DNA from: a virus | Taxonomy: Duplodnaviria; Heunggongvirae; Uroviricota; Caudoviricetes | IMG/VR virus record: IMGVR_UViG_2802428982_000005 | Span: 19,927 to 83,926 of that record | Length of the DNA: 64,000 bases | Reading direction: 5' to 3' (one strand) | Shown here: piece by piece, positions 53,356-62,336 of the stretch | Layout: every line of letters starts with the position of its first letter | Numbering within the stretch: the first letter of the stretch is position 1 | Notes under the pieces: model-generated | Seen by the model: only the letters and a program-made list of their open reading frames with translations | The model's database searches: none | What the model was told of the DNA's origin: nothing | Translations under genes and position numbers: made by a program

Positions 53356-54243
53356 TTACTTGATGGGTGCGGGGATGGTGGCGAGGGCGCCGGTGCCGGG
53401 CCAGCAGCCCCACGGCGACATGCCCTTGTCCAGTGCCTTCGTGATGCAGTTCTGCACAATCACGTTGGGGTCGTTGGACACTGATGAGGAGAGGATGCGG
53501 TTGGCCTCGGCCTGTTCGGTGGCCGTCTTCTTCGCCTGTTCGGCCTTCGCGGTGTTCGCGCGCTCTGCGTTGAGCTCGTTGATACGGGCCTCGGTGCCGT
53601 CGTCGTAGTCGATGGTGGGGACGGCGACGTCCAGGATGTCGACCTGGTCACCCACCAGGGCGCGCAGCTTCTCGGACGCTTCCTTGGCGAAGGTCTCCAG
53701 CGGTAATCCGTTGGCCCACTTGGTTGCCAGTGGGTCGAGCTTGGAGAACACGTCGTTGAGTGAGACCTGGAGGTTGCGGGTGATCAGGTTGGTGCGGACG
53801 TTGTCGAATGACCGGTATTGCACGTACAGCTCGTCGGCGGCGTCCTGCTTGATCTGCCAGCGCACGGATACGTCAGCGTCGGCGGTGGACGAGTTGCCTA
53901 GTCGGACCTTGATGCGGCCGGTGCCCTCGTATTTGTCGATCTGGACTGCTGCGTCCATCTCATCGACTGTCGCCCACGGCTTCTTCCAGTGCAGACCGTT
54001 GGACAGGGTGTCGCCGGACGGCTTTCCGAATACCGTCTCGATACCAACCTTGCGTGTACCAACGACCGTGAAGGAGCCGATCACGAGGACGAGGACGGCG
54101 ATAGCCAAGGCGATACCGCCAATGAACAGTGTCACTACGGGGCCATCAGCACGCCGGTTGAATCGGCGGCCGACAAGCCCGCCCAGCAGTAGCAGTAACG
54201 CAATACTGCCGAAGATCAGGAATGTTACGAATTCCCAGGACAT
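53356..54243 (-). CDS. SPFH/Band-7 (prohibitin/HflK-like) membrane protein (295 aa)
   Basis: Two N-terminal TM helices; signature VGIETVFGKPSGDTLSNGLHWKKPWATVDEMDAAVQ; coiled-coil Ala/Glu-rich C-terminus. Confidence 0.65.
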   Translation of the reverse strand: MSWEFVTFLIFGSIALLLLLGGLVGRRFNRRADGPVVTLFIGGIALAIAVLVLVIGSFTVVGTRKVGIETVFGKPSGDTLSNGLHWKKPWATVDEMDAAVQIDKYEGTGRIKVRLGNSSTADADVSVRWQIKQDAADELYVQYRSFDNVRTNLITRNLQVSLNDVFSKLDPLATKWANGLPLETFAKEASEKLRALVGDQVDILDVAVPTIDYDDGTEARINELNAERANTAKAEQAKKTATEQAEANRILSSSVSNDPNVIVQNCITKALDKGMSPWGCWPGTGALATIPAPIK

Positions 54244-54247
54244 TTGG

Positions 54248-55456
54248 TTAGTTCTCCTTGTTGTTGAGTGCGGCGATTAGGTTTGCCGCTTCGTTTTCGG
54301 ACAGGTCGTTGACGTCCGATATGTCCCTGCCGATGACCGTCTTGAGGTAGGCCAGTGCGTCGGCAGCGGATTCTTTGGTGCGGAACGAGTACTTGGCGTT
54401 GCCTAGAAGGCCGCGGACGGTGCCGATGTCCTTCTTCGTTGCCAGGTACTCGCCTCGGCTGTTCACTTCTGCCGGGTCGGCTCCGTCAGGTGTTCCGCTG
54501 CCGGACGGCGGGATGAGGTCACCGCCGTCCGGCGCGGGGACCTCCTCGGCCGCGGGTTCTGTAGCGCCCGAACCCGTTTCCGGGTCCCCGATGGTGGGCG
54601 CCAGATCACCGGTGGTCGTTGCCGCGGGGTCCGTCTTCGGAGTGGCCTTTGTTTCTGTTGCGCGGGCGGCGATTTCGTCTTGGGTGGACTGTGAGGCGGG
54701 CGGGAAGATCTCGCGCTGGTCCATGCCGTCGCGGGTGATGGAGGTGTACGTGATGCCCATCTGGGCGACGTCTCCGGCGTCCCAGGCGCCGCGCTTCTTC
54801 CCGATCCGGGCCTCCATCTGGGCCTCGGTGACACCGAGTTCCTGCCGGAACTTGGCGACCATGGTTTCGATGCGGTCCTTGAGGGGGACGCCTTCGCCCT
54901 TTTCCAGGGTGTTGCGGCACAGGTCCTGCGCCATCTCGGTAAACCACTTCGGCAGCACCGACGAAATGCATTCGCGGACAGCGCGGGCACCGGCGTTGTT
55001 GTTGTTGTTCGTGATGTCGCCGAGGTCGTTTAGCTCCTCGCGGCGCCCCTGCTTCATACGGGCGTGCGGCACGATGAACGTACGTGTGGAGCGCGTGTTG
55101 GTCTGGACGTCCCAGGCGAATGCCTGGATCTCGGACTCAGCTTTGAGGTCGTCGCGGTGCAGCTCGTTGACGCCGTATTGAACGTTGCCCCACAGCCGGG
55201 CCAGCTCGCGCATGAGGTGCACGGAGGGGCCGGTGCCGCGGTTGGGCACCTGGTAGAACGCCTGTACCGCCATGGCCATGCGGCTGCACGCGTCCCGCAT
55301 TTCCGCCTCCGCACGCTGGAGGTCACGGGGAATCTGTTGCGCCACAATGACTGCTGACTGGACCTCGGCGACGGCGCGGGACTGTTCCACCGAGGTGGCT
55401 TGGCTGATCGCGGTCCGGGGTGCGGCGGCGATGGGCTGGTACTGCGAGACGGTCAT
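54248..55456 (-). CDS. putative single-strand annealing protein (RecT/Erf-type, called by context), 402 aa
   Basis: Lies directly downstream of, and translationally coupled to, a RecE/YqaJ-type exonuclease; Asn/Thr/Pro-rich linker and acidic C-terminal tail; no family motif confirmed. Confidence 0.4.
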   Translation of the reverse strand: MTVSQYQPIAAAPRTAISQATSVEQSRAVAEVQSAVIVAQQIPRDLQRAEAEMRDACSRMAMAVQAFYQVPNRGTGPSVHLMRELARLWGNVQYGVNELHRDDLKAESEIQAFAWDVQTNTRSTRTFIVPHARMKQGRREELNDLGDITNNNNNAGARAVRECISSVLPKWFTEMAQDLCRNTLEKGEGVPLKDRIETMVAKFRQELGVTEAQMEARIGKKRGAWDAGDVAQMGITYTSITRDGMDQREIFPPASQSTQDEIAARATETKATPKTDPAATTTGDLAPTIGDPETGSGATEPAAEEVPAPDGGDLIPPSGSGTPDGADPAEVNSRGEYLATKKDIGTVRGLLGNAKYSFRTKESAADALAYLKTVIGRDISDVNDLSENEAANLIAALNNKEN

Positions 55457-56352
55457 TAGTCAAGGTCTCCTTCTTGCTGGTAGATGGCGTAGCTGGGCAG
55501 GGATATGGAGTTGATGCCCTGGCCGTAGTCCGGCCAGTGGTCGTTGGCAACGCATTGCGCGTAGAGGTCGATGGCCTTGCGGTTGCGTCGTCGGCCGAGA
55601 TCGATTGCGGCGGGGTCTAGTTCGTTGACCGACACGAGGTAGGGCGGGTTCTTGGACTGGACGATGAACACGAACGCGGCGTCGTCGGCTATCTCGCATG
55701 CCGCTAGCCCGTCGAGGTACCAGGGGGCCTGCATGTGGTACCCGTATTCGGCTGCCGCCTTGGCGAAGTGACCTGGGTGCGCCGATGTCGAGGTCTTGTA
55801 GTCGACAACCACCAGGCGGTGGCGGCCGGGGTTGGGGAGCCAGTCGGGCCGGAGGCGCAGTCGCACCCCGGTTTCAGGGTCGTGCCAGTACCCGGATAGC
55901 TCGGGTGTTCCGTCTGCCAGCAGGATGCGGGCAATGGGGTGCTCGCGGACCTTGGCGGCCATAGCCTTTGCCTCCGCGACATCGTCGATGTGCATGGGTA
56001 TCTGGCCGTTAGCGCGGGCCTCCTTCGCCGCCTCCTTCCACATAGCGGTCGATGTAGGCGAGTCGGACACCTTGCCGTCTTTGGTCAACCCGTGTTCCTT
56101 CGGGTCTAGCGCGACGATCTCCCCGCCCTCGCCGAGTACGTACAGGTGGGCAGCGTGGCCGAAGTCGTACTCCTTCTTCGGTGTCCGCGGCTGGTCCTGG
56201 TAGTGGCGGAATATCGCTGGGCATGAGGGCGCCAGGAGCGCGCGGGCGCCGGAGGAGGACAGGCTGCCGCGGTCTGCGTGGTAGGCCTCGTCGGGGATAC
56301 CGGCATACATGCCGTCCACGGCAGGGATCAGCTTGGTGTCGGCGGCGGTCAT
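55456..56352 (-). CDS. RecE/YqaJ-like PD-(D/E)XK exonuclease (298 aa)
   Basis: ATG 56352 overlaps the HNH stop; VVVDYKTS (D..E.K-type motif); MTAADTKLIPAVDGMYAGIPDEAYHADRGSLSSSG N-terminus typical of YqaJ-like proteins. Confidence 0.55.
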   Translation of the reverse strand: MTAADTKLIPAVDGMYAGIPDEAYHADRGSLSSSGARALLAPSCPAIFRHYQDQPRTPKKEYDFGHAAHLYVLGEGGEIVALDPKEHGLTKDGKVSDSPTSTAMWKEAAKEARANGQIPMHIDDVAEAKAMAAKVREHPIARILLADGTPELSGYWHDPETGVRLRLRPDWLPNPGRHRLVVVDYKTSTSAHPGHFAKAAAEYGYHMQAPWYLDGLAACEIADDAAFVFIVQSKNPPYLVSVNELDPAAIDLGRRRNRKAIDLYAQCVANDHWPDYGQGINSISLPSYAIYQQEGDLD

Positions 56353-56699
56353 GCGTTGCGGCCCTTCGGTAGGTAGTTGTCGTGCAGGTAGATGTCGTGC
56401 AGAGGCAGCGCGATGGGGGTGTCGTAGAGGTTCTGGCCGTGGGTGAGGGTGAGTCCGACTGCTTCGGCGTCCACCGGGTTGGTGGTGACCCAGTGGTGGC
56501 AGTCGCGGCACAGGTGCACGATGTTGGCCGGGTGCCACTGGCCGCCCTGTGACCGATTGCGGCGGTGGTGCATGTCTGTCCCGTGCTGCTTGCCGCACCA
56601 CTCGCACCAGCCCATTGACCGGCCCTTGACGTGCTCACGAGTCAGGTCTTCGGTCCACTGGGATATGTACGGCTCTGCCCAGATGTCCTCTGTTGTCAC
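56349..56699 (-). CDS. HNH endonuclease (116 aa, GTG start)
   Basis: CEWCG...HHRRNRSQGG...NIVHLCRDCHHW; GTG 56699..56697 overlaps the upstream stop. Confidence 0.65.
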   Translation of the reverse strand: MTTEDIWAEPYISQWTEDLTREHVKGRSMGWCEWCGKQHGTDMHHRRNRSQGGQWHPANIVHLCRDCHHWVTTNPVDAEAVGLTLTHGQNLYDTPIALPLHDIYLHDNYLPKGRNA

Positions 56700-56881
56700 G
56701 CTGCGGCTCGCCGTTCCCAGATGTGTTTGACGCGTGGGGTCCACGGCTCGCACAGGTCGAACTTCTCGTACGACATGGGGCAGCGCGCGATGCCGTGTGG
56801 GTCGTGATGCGCCAGGACGTTGCCCTTGGGTGTGCGGAACACGGTTGCACCACACACCGGGCAGCGTCGACGCGCGCTCAT
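56696..56881 (-). CDS. small zinc-ribbon protein (61 aa)
   Basis: CPVCG...C..C. Confidence 0.4.
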   Translation of the reverse strand: MSARRRCPVCGATVFRTPKGNVLAHHDPHGIARCPMSYEKFDLCEPWTPRVKHIWERRAAA

Positions 56882-57096
56882 TCGTCGTCACCAGGGGCCT
56901 CACGAAGGACGTTGTCTCGTACCCACTTACGGGCTGCGGCACGCGCAGCAGCGGTGGTTGGGAACGGTCCCGGGTGAAAGTGCACGTTGCCCTTGTTGGA
57001 GAACCAGCGCCAGCTCCAACCGGTGCCGTCGTTGCGTTCCTGGGTGGTTATGGCACCAGGTAGCGGCTTGGCCTTTTTGCGTGCTGTCATGCCGCT
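56878..57096 (-). CDS. small hypothetical protein (72 aa)
   Basis: ATG 57096 (MTARKKAKPLPGAITTQERNDGTGWSWRWF...); the rest of the 327-aa ORF-track entry is Arg/Pro-rich run-in. Confidence 0.35.
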   Translation of the reverse strand, partial: SGMTARKKAKPLPGAITTQERNDGTGWSWRWFSNKGNVHFHPGPFPTTAAARAAARKWVRDNVLREAPGDDE

Positions 57097-57872
57097 ATGC
57101 CCTTCTTGCGTAGTCGCTTGAGCCGTGCCTCGACGGATTCCGTTGTGACTCCCATGCGTTCGGCGATCTCGTCGTTGGACAGTCCGAGGTCGAGGTAGTC
57201 GCGGTACAGGTCGATCCACACGACCTGCCCTCCGCGGACGTGGGCCGTTGCCGCTGGGTCGTCGATTTCGGTGTCGTCCCATGCCACCGGCGGCGGCCAT
57301 CCCCTCTGCGTGGCGATGCGCCGTGCGACGTCGGAAGGACCTGGGACCTCCTGCAACTCGCGGTACAGCGCGTCGATCTCTCGGGCGCGGGCCACCGTGA
57401 CCTTCTTGACGGCGCCCGTCGCGACCTTGGACAGGCCGCCGGGGTCTAGCCCGAGGCGTACCGAGAGGTGCTGTTGAGACCATCCGACCGCGGAAAGGGC
57501 CAGGACGCGGCGCCGTGAACCGGTGGCATCGATCCGCGCGCCAGCGGCCATCTGCGGCCCAAACGGACATACAGGCACCGGGATAGCGAGGATGGCGGCG
57601 CGGGTGGTCCGTTTCACCAGCCGTTGGTCTTCCCTGGTCAGGAAGTCGATGGCGCGGTGGGTCACTCCAGCTAGTTCTGCAATTCGGGATATGCCGACGC
57701 CCGCTGCTATGAGGGCGAGGACGCGGGTGCGGGTGTCGTCCGCTGGTACGTGTAGTGGGCTCCAGCGGCCGTCGGAGACGGCGAGGCGCCGGTACTTTGC
57801 GTAGTGGGTGGGGCACAGCCCGCGGGCCTGCACCAACTCGGTGCAGTTGGGGCGGGTGCATTCTTTCCTCAT
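57087..57872 (-). CDS. multi-HTH DNA-binding protein with N-terminal Cys motif (261 aa)
   Basis: CTRPNCTELVQARGLCPTHY; repeated helix-turn-helix-like segments (ISRIAELAGVTHRAIDFL; NDEIAERMGVTTESVEARLKRLRKKG). Confidence 0.5.
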   Translation of the reverse strand: MRKECTRPNCTELVQARGLCPTHYAKYRRLAVSDGRWSPLHVPADDTRTRVLALIAAGVGISRIAELAGVTHRAIDFLTREDQRLVKRTTRAAILAIPVPVCPFGPQMAAGARIDATGSRRRVLALSAVGWSQQHLSVRLGLDPGGLSKVATGAVKKVTVARAREIDALYRELQEVPGPSDVARRIATQRGWPPPVAWDDTEIDDPAATAHVRGGQVVWIDLYRDYLDLGLSNDEIAERMGVTTESVEARLKRLRKKGIAA

Positions 57873-58123
57873 GCTGCGCGGTTCCTGCGGCGCGCCTTGC
57901 GGGCCGCGCGGTTCCTGCGGCGCCGACGCTGGACCTCGTCTGCGGGCACTGTCCCGGCGTAGGTGTTGGCCTGTCGTTGCAGTCCCAGGAAGACGGCGTA
58001 CCCGAGGGTGTTGGAATTGGCGGCTGTCTGCTTCCGTAGCCGCTCCATGGGCGATAGTTCGCTCATGGAGATCTCGATGTTCTTGCTCACCAGTTGGTTG
58101 TGGCGTGCGACGGGGTCGTTCAT
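57869..58123 (-). CDS. small basic protein (84 aa)
   Basis: ATG 58123 overlaps the upstream stop (ATGA); C-terminal RRRRRNRAARKARRRNRAA encoded by a tandem 17-bp direct repeat. Confidence 0.4.
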   Translation of the reverse strand: MNDPVARHNQLVSKNIEISMSELSPMERLRKQTAANSNTLGYAVFLGLQRQANTYAGTVPADEVQRRRRRNRAARKARRRNRAA

Positions 58124-58692
58124 TGGTCCTTCCCGGGGTAGAGGCGGCGGAAGCATTGGACGGTTGCGCGGGCGTCAGCTATCGCGGTGTGTTCGGCTTC
58201 GTTGGTGACGCCGACGAGTTCGCAGACCTTGGCGAGGCCGGGTATGTCGTCCGGCGAGATGTCGAGTTGGCCTGCGGTGTAAGCACATAGGTCTGCGAGC
58301 CGGTGGTGCCAGGGCTCTTCGATGCGGGTGCTGACCCCGGCTACGAGTGGCCCCTGTTCTAGCTGCCACGCGTATCCGTTGAGGAGCATGTCGGCGTCGA
58401 ACCTGGGGTTGGCGCCTGCCAATGTTTGGCCGTGCAACAACTCGAACAGGTCTTGGTAGCAGCGAATCGAGTTGTTGCGGTCGAGCTGGTCTTTGTACAG
58501 CGCTCGCTCGTGGTATTTGTTGATCCGCATGGCTTCTCGGTCCGCTTGTCCTAGTGCCTCGCCGGTGATGAAGGGCACGAAGTGGATTTCGCGTCCGTTC
58601 TTGAGGTTGATCGCGGCCACTTCCACGGGTAGATGGACGGCCCGGTCGAGTCCGGTTGTCTCCAGGTCGATGACCCATACGTCGCGGCTCAT
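58120..58692 (-). CDS. DnaQ-like DEDDh 3'-5' exonuclease (190 aa)
   Basis: Exo I VIDLETTGL, Exo III HTAIADARA; ATG 58692 overlaps the upstream stop (ATGA). Confidence 0.7.
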   Translation of the reverse strand: MSRDVWVIDLETTGLDRAVHLPVEVAAINLKNGREIHFVPFITGEALGQADREAMRINKYHERALYKDQLDRNNSIRCYQDLFELLHGQTLAGANPRFDADMLLNGYAWQLEQGPLVAGVSTRIEEPWHHRLADLCAYTAGQLDISPDDIPGLAKVCELVGVTNEAEHTAIADARATVQCFRRLYPGKDQ

Positions 58693-58988
58693 GCAGTCCT
58701 CCAGCGGGATGCCTTGGTGTACAGGTCGATGAGTGGTTGATGCCATGGGCAGTAGGCGGATACCGAGAGAGCGATGACGCGTCCGGCGGCCTGGTCGGTG
58801 AACCCCCGTTGGTTGAGCGCCTGGCCGATGCTGTTGATGCCGTGGAAGGTTGGGTCGGCGCCGACGATGACGCAGACTGCGCCGCCGATGTCATTGGCGA
58901 CGTCGTTTACCCTGTCGGCCGACGCAGGCGCTGCGGTAGCGAGCGCCAGCGCGGCAGCCATAGCGGCGGCGGGAAGTTGGCGAATCAT
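58689..58988 (-). CDS. small secreted protein with Sec signal peptide (99 aa)
   Basis: MIRQLPAAAMAAALALATAAPASA|DR (AxA cleavage site); 2 Cys in the mature part. Confidence 0.5.
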   Translation of the reverse strand: MIRQLPAAAMAAALALATAAPASADRVNDVANDIGGAVCVIVGADPTFHGINSIGQALNQRGFTDQAAGRVIALSVSAYCPWHQPLIDLYTKASRWRTA

Positions 58989-59599
58989 GCTGCGGCCTCC
59001 ACCAGCGCCAGGAGGCTACGCACGCGGGGCACTCGGTCCTCGTAGATGTCTGGATACTCTTCGGCTCGACGCAGATAGCTATCGAGCGCGCCTCGGAATC
59101 CGTCGCGCTCTTCGGTGGTGAGCAGCGCCCATTCGTCCGGCAGGGCCACGGCGGCGTCGCTATAGATCGCGGTGCTTCCGAGATTGCCTCCGGGGTCGGT
59201 GATCACGGACATACTGGCGCGGCGGTCGTAGAAGGCGGCCTTGTAGAAGACACTGACGCGTTCTACGCCTCGGTCGTCGACGATGGTTGAGTGCATGGCG
59301 TGTTCACTGCCCTTGCGTGACCACCCTTCCGGGAGGGTGGCCCGAACGAATAGCGGATCGCCCTCAACGCGTTCGCCGCGTTGGAATCCCCACTGTTCCA
59401 GAACATCCCAGCCACTGATGTCGAGCATTGCGTCGCCCTCGCCTGACCACACTCGCCCGGCGTTGGCAGGGAGGAGGTCGGACGTGAGGAGCTGCTGTTG
59501 CCCAGTTCGCTCCATGCCCTCGATGTAGTTGGAGGTGTTGCCGTTCAGGCAGCCAGCTAGGTGCTCGATGGGGTGGCGTTGCGAGGTGTTCTCAATCAT
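58985..59599 (-). CDS. hypothetical protein (204 aa)
   Basis: ORF. Confidence 0.45.
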   Translation of the reverse strand: MIENTSQRHPIEHLAGCLNGNTSNYIEGMERTGQQQLLTSDLLPANAGRVWSGEGDAMLDISGWDVLEQWGFQRGERVEGDPLFVRATLPEGWSRKGSEHAMHSTIVDDRGVERVSVFYKAAFYDRRASMSVITDPGGNLGSTAIYSDAAVALPDEWALLTTEERDGFRGALDSYLRRAEEYPDIYEDRVPRVRSLLALVEAAA

Positions 59600-59776
59600 G
59601 CTGCTGTACCCCAGATTTCAGCCGGGCTGCCATGCTTGGCGGCCAGCTCGTCCCAGATTGGGTTGGGACTTGGGGGCGTCGGTGGCGGTGTCGGTTGGAC
59701 ACCGAATAGGGCGCGGCGCCACCACTTGGATTCTCGTACGGGCATAGCTGTCTCCTTGTGCTGAGTGAGTGGTTGA

Positions 59777-60133
59777 TCAGGTCAGAGCTAGTTGTTGGCT
59801 GCCGCCGAGGCGGTAGTGCATTTCCGCGACACCGTTAGGGGTTAGGTAGATCTGTTTGGGACGTTCTTTGGTTTGCCCTGCGGGCGTTTGGTATTCGCCG
59901 CCGTCGTGGAGTGCGAGGTAGCCGAGGGTTACGGATTCGGCGTAGGCGATCCAGCGGTGGTCACGGCCGCGGAATATCCATTCCTCGCGGGCCATGGCGT
60001 CGAAGAGTTGGTCGCGGCCGACGGCGATTGCCGGGTCGAGGGATAGCAGGCGCGCAGCTTCGGCCACGGTTTGGTCGCCGGTGATGTCCGTGAGATGCAT
60101 TGGCAACTCGGGTCGTTGGTGGATGCGCGCCAT
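59777..60133 (-). CDS. KilA-C-like antirepressor domain protein (start 60133 or 60100)
   Basis: VAEAARLLSLDPAIAVGRDQLFDAMAREEWIF...WIAYAESVTLGYLALHD...QIYLTPNGVAEMHYRLG matches the KilAC pattern (HTH-like helix, then Y..GY.., then TPKG...). Confidence 0.45.
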   Translation of the reverse strand: MARIHQRPELPMHLTDITGDQTVAEAARLLSLDPAIAVGRDQLFDAMAREEWIFRGRDHRWIAYAESVTLGYLALHDGGEYQTPAGQTKERPKQIYLTPNGVAEMHYRLGGSQQLALT

Positions 60134-60229
60134 GTCATCACCGGGCGGCCATGACGTTGACCGTGAGGACGACGCCAACGAAGGCACCGAACAGGAGCAT
60201 CCAGAACATGGGGACGACTACCTCGCGGA

Positions 60230-61093
60230 TCACCGGAGTACTTCCTGTGCTGGTGCGCCTACGAGCTGCGGGAAGTTGGTCTTATTCCAGCCTCCCTTGG
60301 GCTGCTGCAACCGGGCCACGTGGTGGTCGGATAGCCAGTGGTTGAAAGCGGCGACGAAGTAGCCGATGGCCTCGGCGTCGGGCATCTTGAAGCCCTCGCC
60401 ACGAACGCGGTCGAACCTGTTGCGCAGTGCAAGGATTGGCGAGCCGATTTCGAGGCCGACGCCGTCGAGGGTGCGTTGAAAGAATTCGGAGGTGACCTCG
60501 ACACCGTGGATGCGGCCGATGCCCGCGTAGACGGCCATGATGAGGCCGCGGCGCGCCTTGATGCGCGTGTAGTGGGTGCCGCGCCTGATCAACTCAAAGG
60601 TGTCGGGGTTGGCGAGGGTCCATTCGACGATCTCAGAGCTGGTGACTGCGCCGGTGGCGCGGTCGGTGTAGAACCAGCCGCGCTCCCAGATAATCAGCGT
60701 CTTGACGGCCGAGGCATCGGACTTGGAGGCGGTGATACCGGACAGGTTGAGTTGGTCGCTGGGTGACCGTTTGGTGCCCTGATCCATGGTGATCTGGGTT
60801 TCGGGTGGCAGGTTGCGGACGACGACCGAGTCGATGGACACACCGCACAAGGAGACGGCGTGAAGGCGGTGCTGGCCGTCCAGCAGGGCGCCCTCGGTAT
60901 CGAATTTGATTGCCTCGCCGTTCATCTGCCAACGGCCTGCCTCCATGTCGGCGGCCAGCTGGATGACCTTGCGCTCGTTGAGGGGGCGGTTGTGGGTGTT
61001 GAACTTGAGGTACGCGTCGGCGGTCGGGCCGTCGATGGTTTCGATGTCCGTCGTGATGGCCGGTGGCCGGTGCAGCGGTATAGCATTCGACAT
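60230..61093 (-). CDS. ParB/Srx-superfamily DGQHR-motif protein (287 aa)
   Basis: ATG 61093..61091 with AAGGAG SD 8 nt upstream; GALLDGQHRLHA. Confidence 0.55.
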   Translation of the reverse strand: MSNAIPLHRPPAITTDIETIDGPTADAYLKFNTHNRPLNERKVIQLAADMEAGRWQMNGEAIKFDTEGALLDGQHRLHAVSLCGVSIDSVVVRNLPPETQITMDQGTKRSPSDQLNLSGITASKSDASAVKTLIIWERGWFYTDRATGAVTSSEIVEWTLANPDTFELIRRGTHYTRIKARRGLIMAVYAGIGRIHGVEVTSEFFQRTLDGVGLEIGSPILALRNRFDRVRGEGFKMPDAEAIGYFVAAFNHWLSDHHVARLQQPKGGWNKTNFPQLVGAPAQEVLR

Positions 61094-61113
61094 GAAGCAA
61101 CTCCTTGTTGTGG

Positions 61114-61953
61114 TTACGAGGGGAACTTCTCGATGACGCGTTGCAGCGCGTCTCGTGCGCGGACCAGGTCGCTCTTGCGTAGGGCGAGTTGGTCCGCGTT
61201 CTTGTCGAAGCGGTCGTCGGCCGCCAGTGCCTCTATCCGCTTCACCGCCTTCGTGACTGCCGTGGTGGCGTCGTCGAAGGAGTCTGTGATCGGTTTCCGG
61301 CGCGCTGGGGCTGGCGCTGGCTCGGGTTCCGGTTCTGTCGCGACAGGTTCCGTCAGGTCGTCGCAGTAGCGGTGGATGTCGTCGAACTCGTCGAAGCGTT
61401 CGCGGTCTACACCGTCGGTCACGGGTGCGTTGTGCACGACTGAGTACCCGTCGCCGGAGATAAGCAGCGACGGGGTCAGTGGTGGCCCGGAGGCCGTCCC
61501 GCCTTCGCACATCGGGGCGGTCTCCGGGTGGTCTTCGGTTGTGGGGAGGTCTGGCACGACGGCCAGGTGAGGGCGGACAGGCTGGGTGGACGCGTACGTC
61601 TTGCCGTCGGTGCCCATGACAGCCGCAGGTGCGGCAGATGCCGCGCCTGACAGGTCGCGGCGGACGGTGCGGTCATCGACCCCTATCGCGGAGCCGATGG
61701 CGCGCGTGGACAGCCCGAGGTCGCGCAGGGACTGCACCACCTCGCCGCGGGTCTCGCGGGGCAGCTTGAACCAGGTGGACCCGAACTCGCGTTCGCAGTA
61801 GACGTCCCAGGTCGGGTATCCGAGGACAGCCCAGGCGCGGTCTGTGTATGCCTTGGCGATGAGGTCCCAGGCGCGGTCAATGGTGGTGCGGATGCGCTCG
61901 GTGAGGTCACGAGCGGCTGACGGGGACATAGCGGTGGCTGCGACGGTGCTCAT
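61114..61953 (-). CDS. HTH DNA-binding protein (279 aa)
   Basis: LGLSTRAIGSAIGVDDRTVRRDL helix-turn-helix; second gene of the early (Cro-side) operon. Confidence 0.45.
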   Translation of the reverse strand: MSTVAATAMSPSAARDLTERIRTTIDRAWDLIAKAYTDRAWAVLGYPTWDVYCEREFGSTWFKLPRETRGEVVQSLRDLGLSTRAIGSAIGVDDRTVRRDLSGAASAAPAAVMGTDGKTYASTQPVRPHLAVVPDLPTTEDHPETAPMCEGGTASGPPLTPSLLISGDGYSVVHNAPVTDGVDRERFDEFDDIHRYCDDLTEPVATEPEPEPAPAPARRKPITDSFDDATTAVTKAVKRIEALAADDRFDKNADQLALRKSDLVRARDALQRVIEKFPS

Positions 61954-62183
61954 GACGCGGCCTGGGCGTAGTCGTTGAGGTCGCGGGTGGCCTGGCGCGC
62001 CTGTGCGTATAGGCGCACTGCCTGGTGGTCGAGCAGGTAGGTCTTGCCGACCAATCGTGCAGGGATGCGGCCGGACACAGCGAGTGCCTGGAGAGTCCGT
62101 TTAGAGACGTCATACAAGGTGGCGGCCTTGCTGACGGTGATCTCGTCGGCGGTGGTGCTCGACTCTTCGGGGCGTGCGGGCAT
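61950..62183 (-). CDS. Cro/excisionase-like HTH protein (77 aa)
   Basis: ATG 62183 (ORF-track TTG 62219); VSKAATLYDVSKRTLQALAVSGRIPARLVGKTYL, a MerR/Xis-type helix-turn-helix; divergent from the repressor. Confidence 0.55.
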   Translation of the reverse strand: MPARPEESSTTADEITVSKAATLYDVSKRTLQALAVSGRIPARLVGKTYLLDHQAVRLYAQARQATRDLNDYAQAAS

Positions 62184-62336
62184 GCGCCTATCTTGCGCAT
62201 ATTCGCAAACTGCACGCAAGTGCCTTGTCTGAGATTTGTGCAGATAGGAACCGTTTAGCGTTTAGCTAGCAAGTGGCCATAGTTTGCGGATGGTTGCAGT
62301 TATGCCCACTTGCGGCCGTGCGCGTACGCGCATACC
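62184..62336. promoter_or_regulatory. divergent repressor / Cro-like intergenic control region
   Basis: Imperfect 16-bp palindrome ttgcgcatattcgcaa (62194-62209); direct repeat gtttagcgtttagc (62252-62265); lies between divergently transcribed HTH genes. Confidence 0.45.

Noticed and set aside
56878-57861. 327-aa ORF 56878..57861
   Set aside because: Mostly Arg/Pro/Gly low-complexity sequence overlapping the better-supported multi-HTH gene 57087..57872. Only the last 72 codons are retained as a possible small gene.
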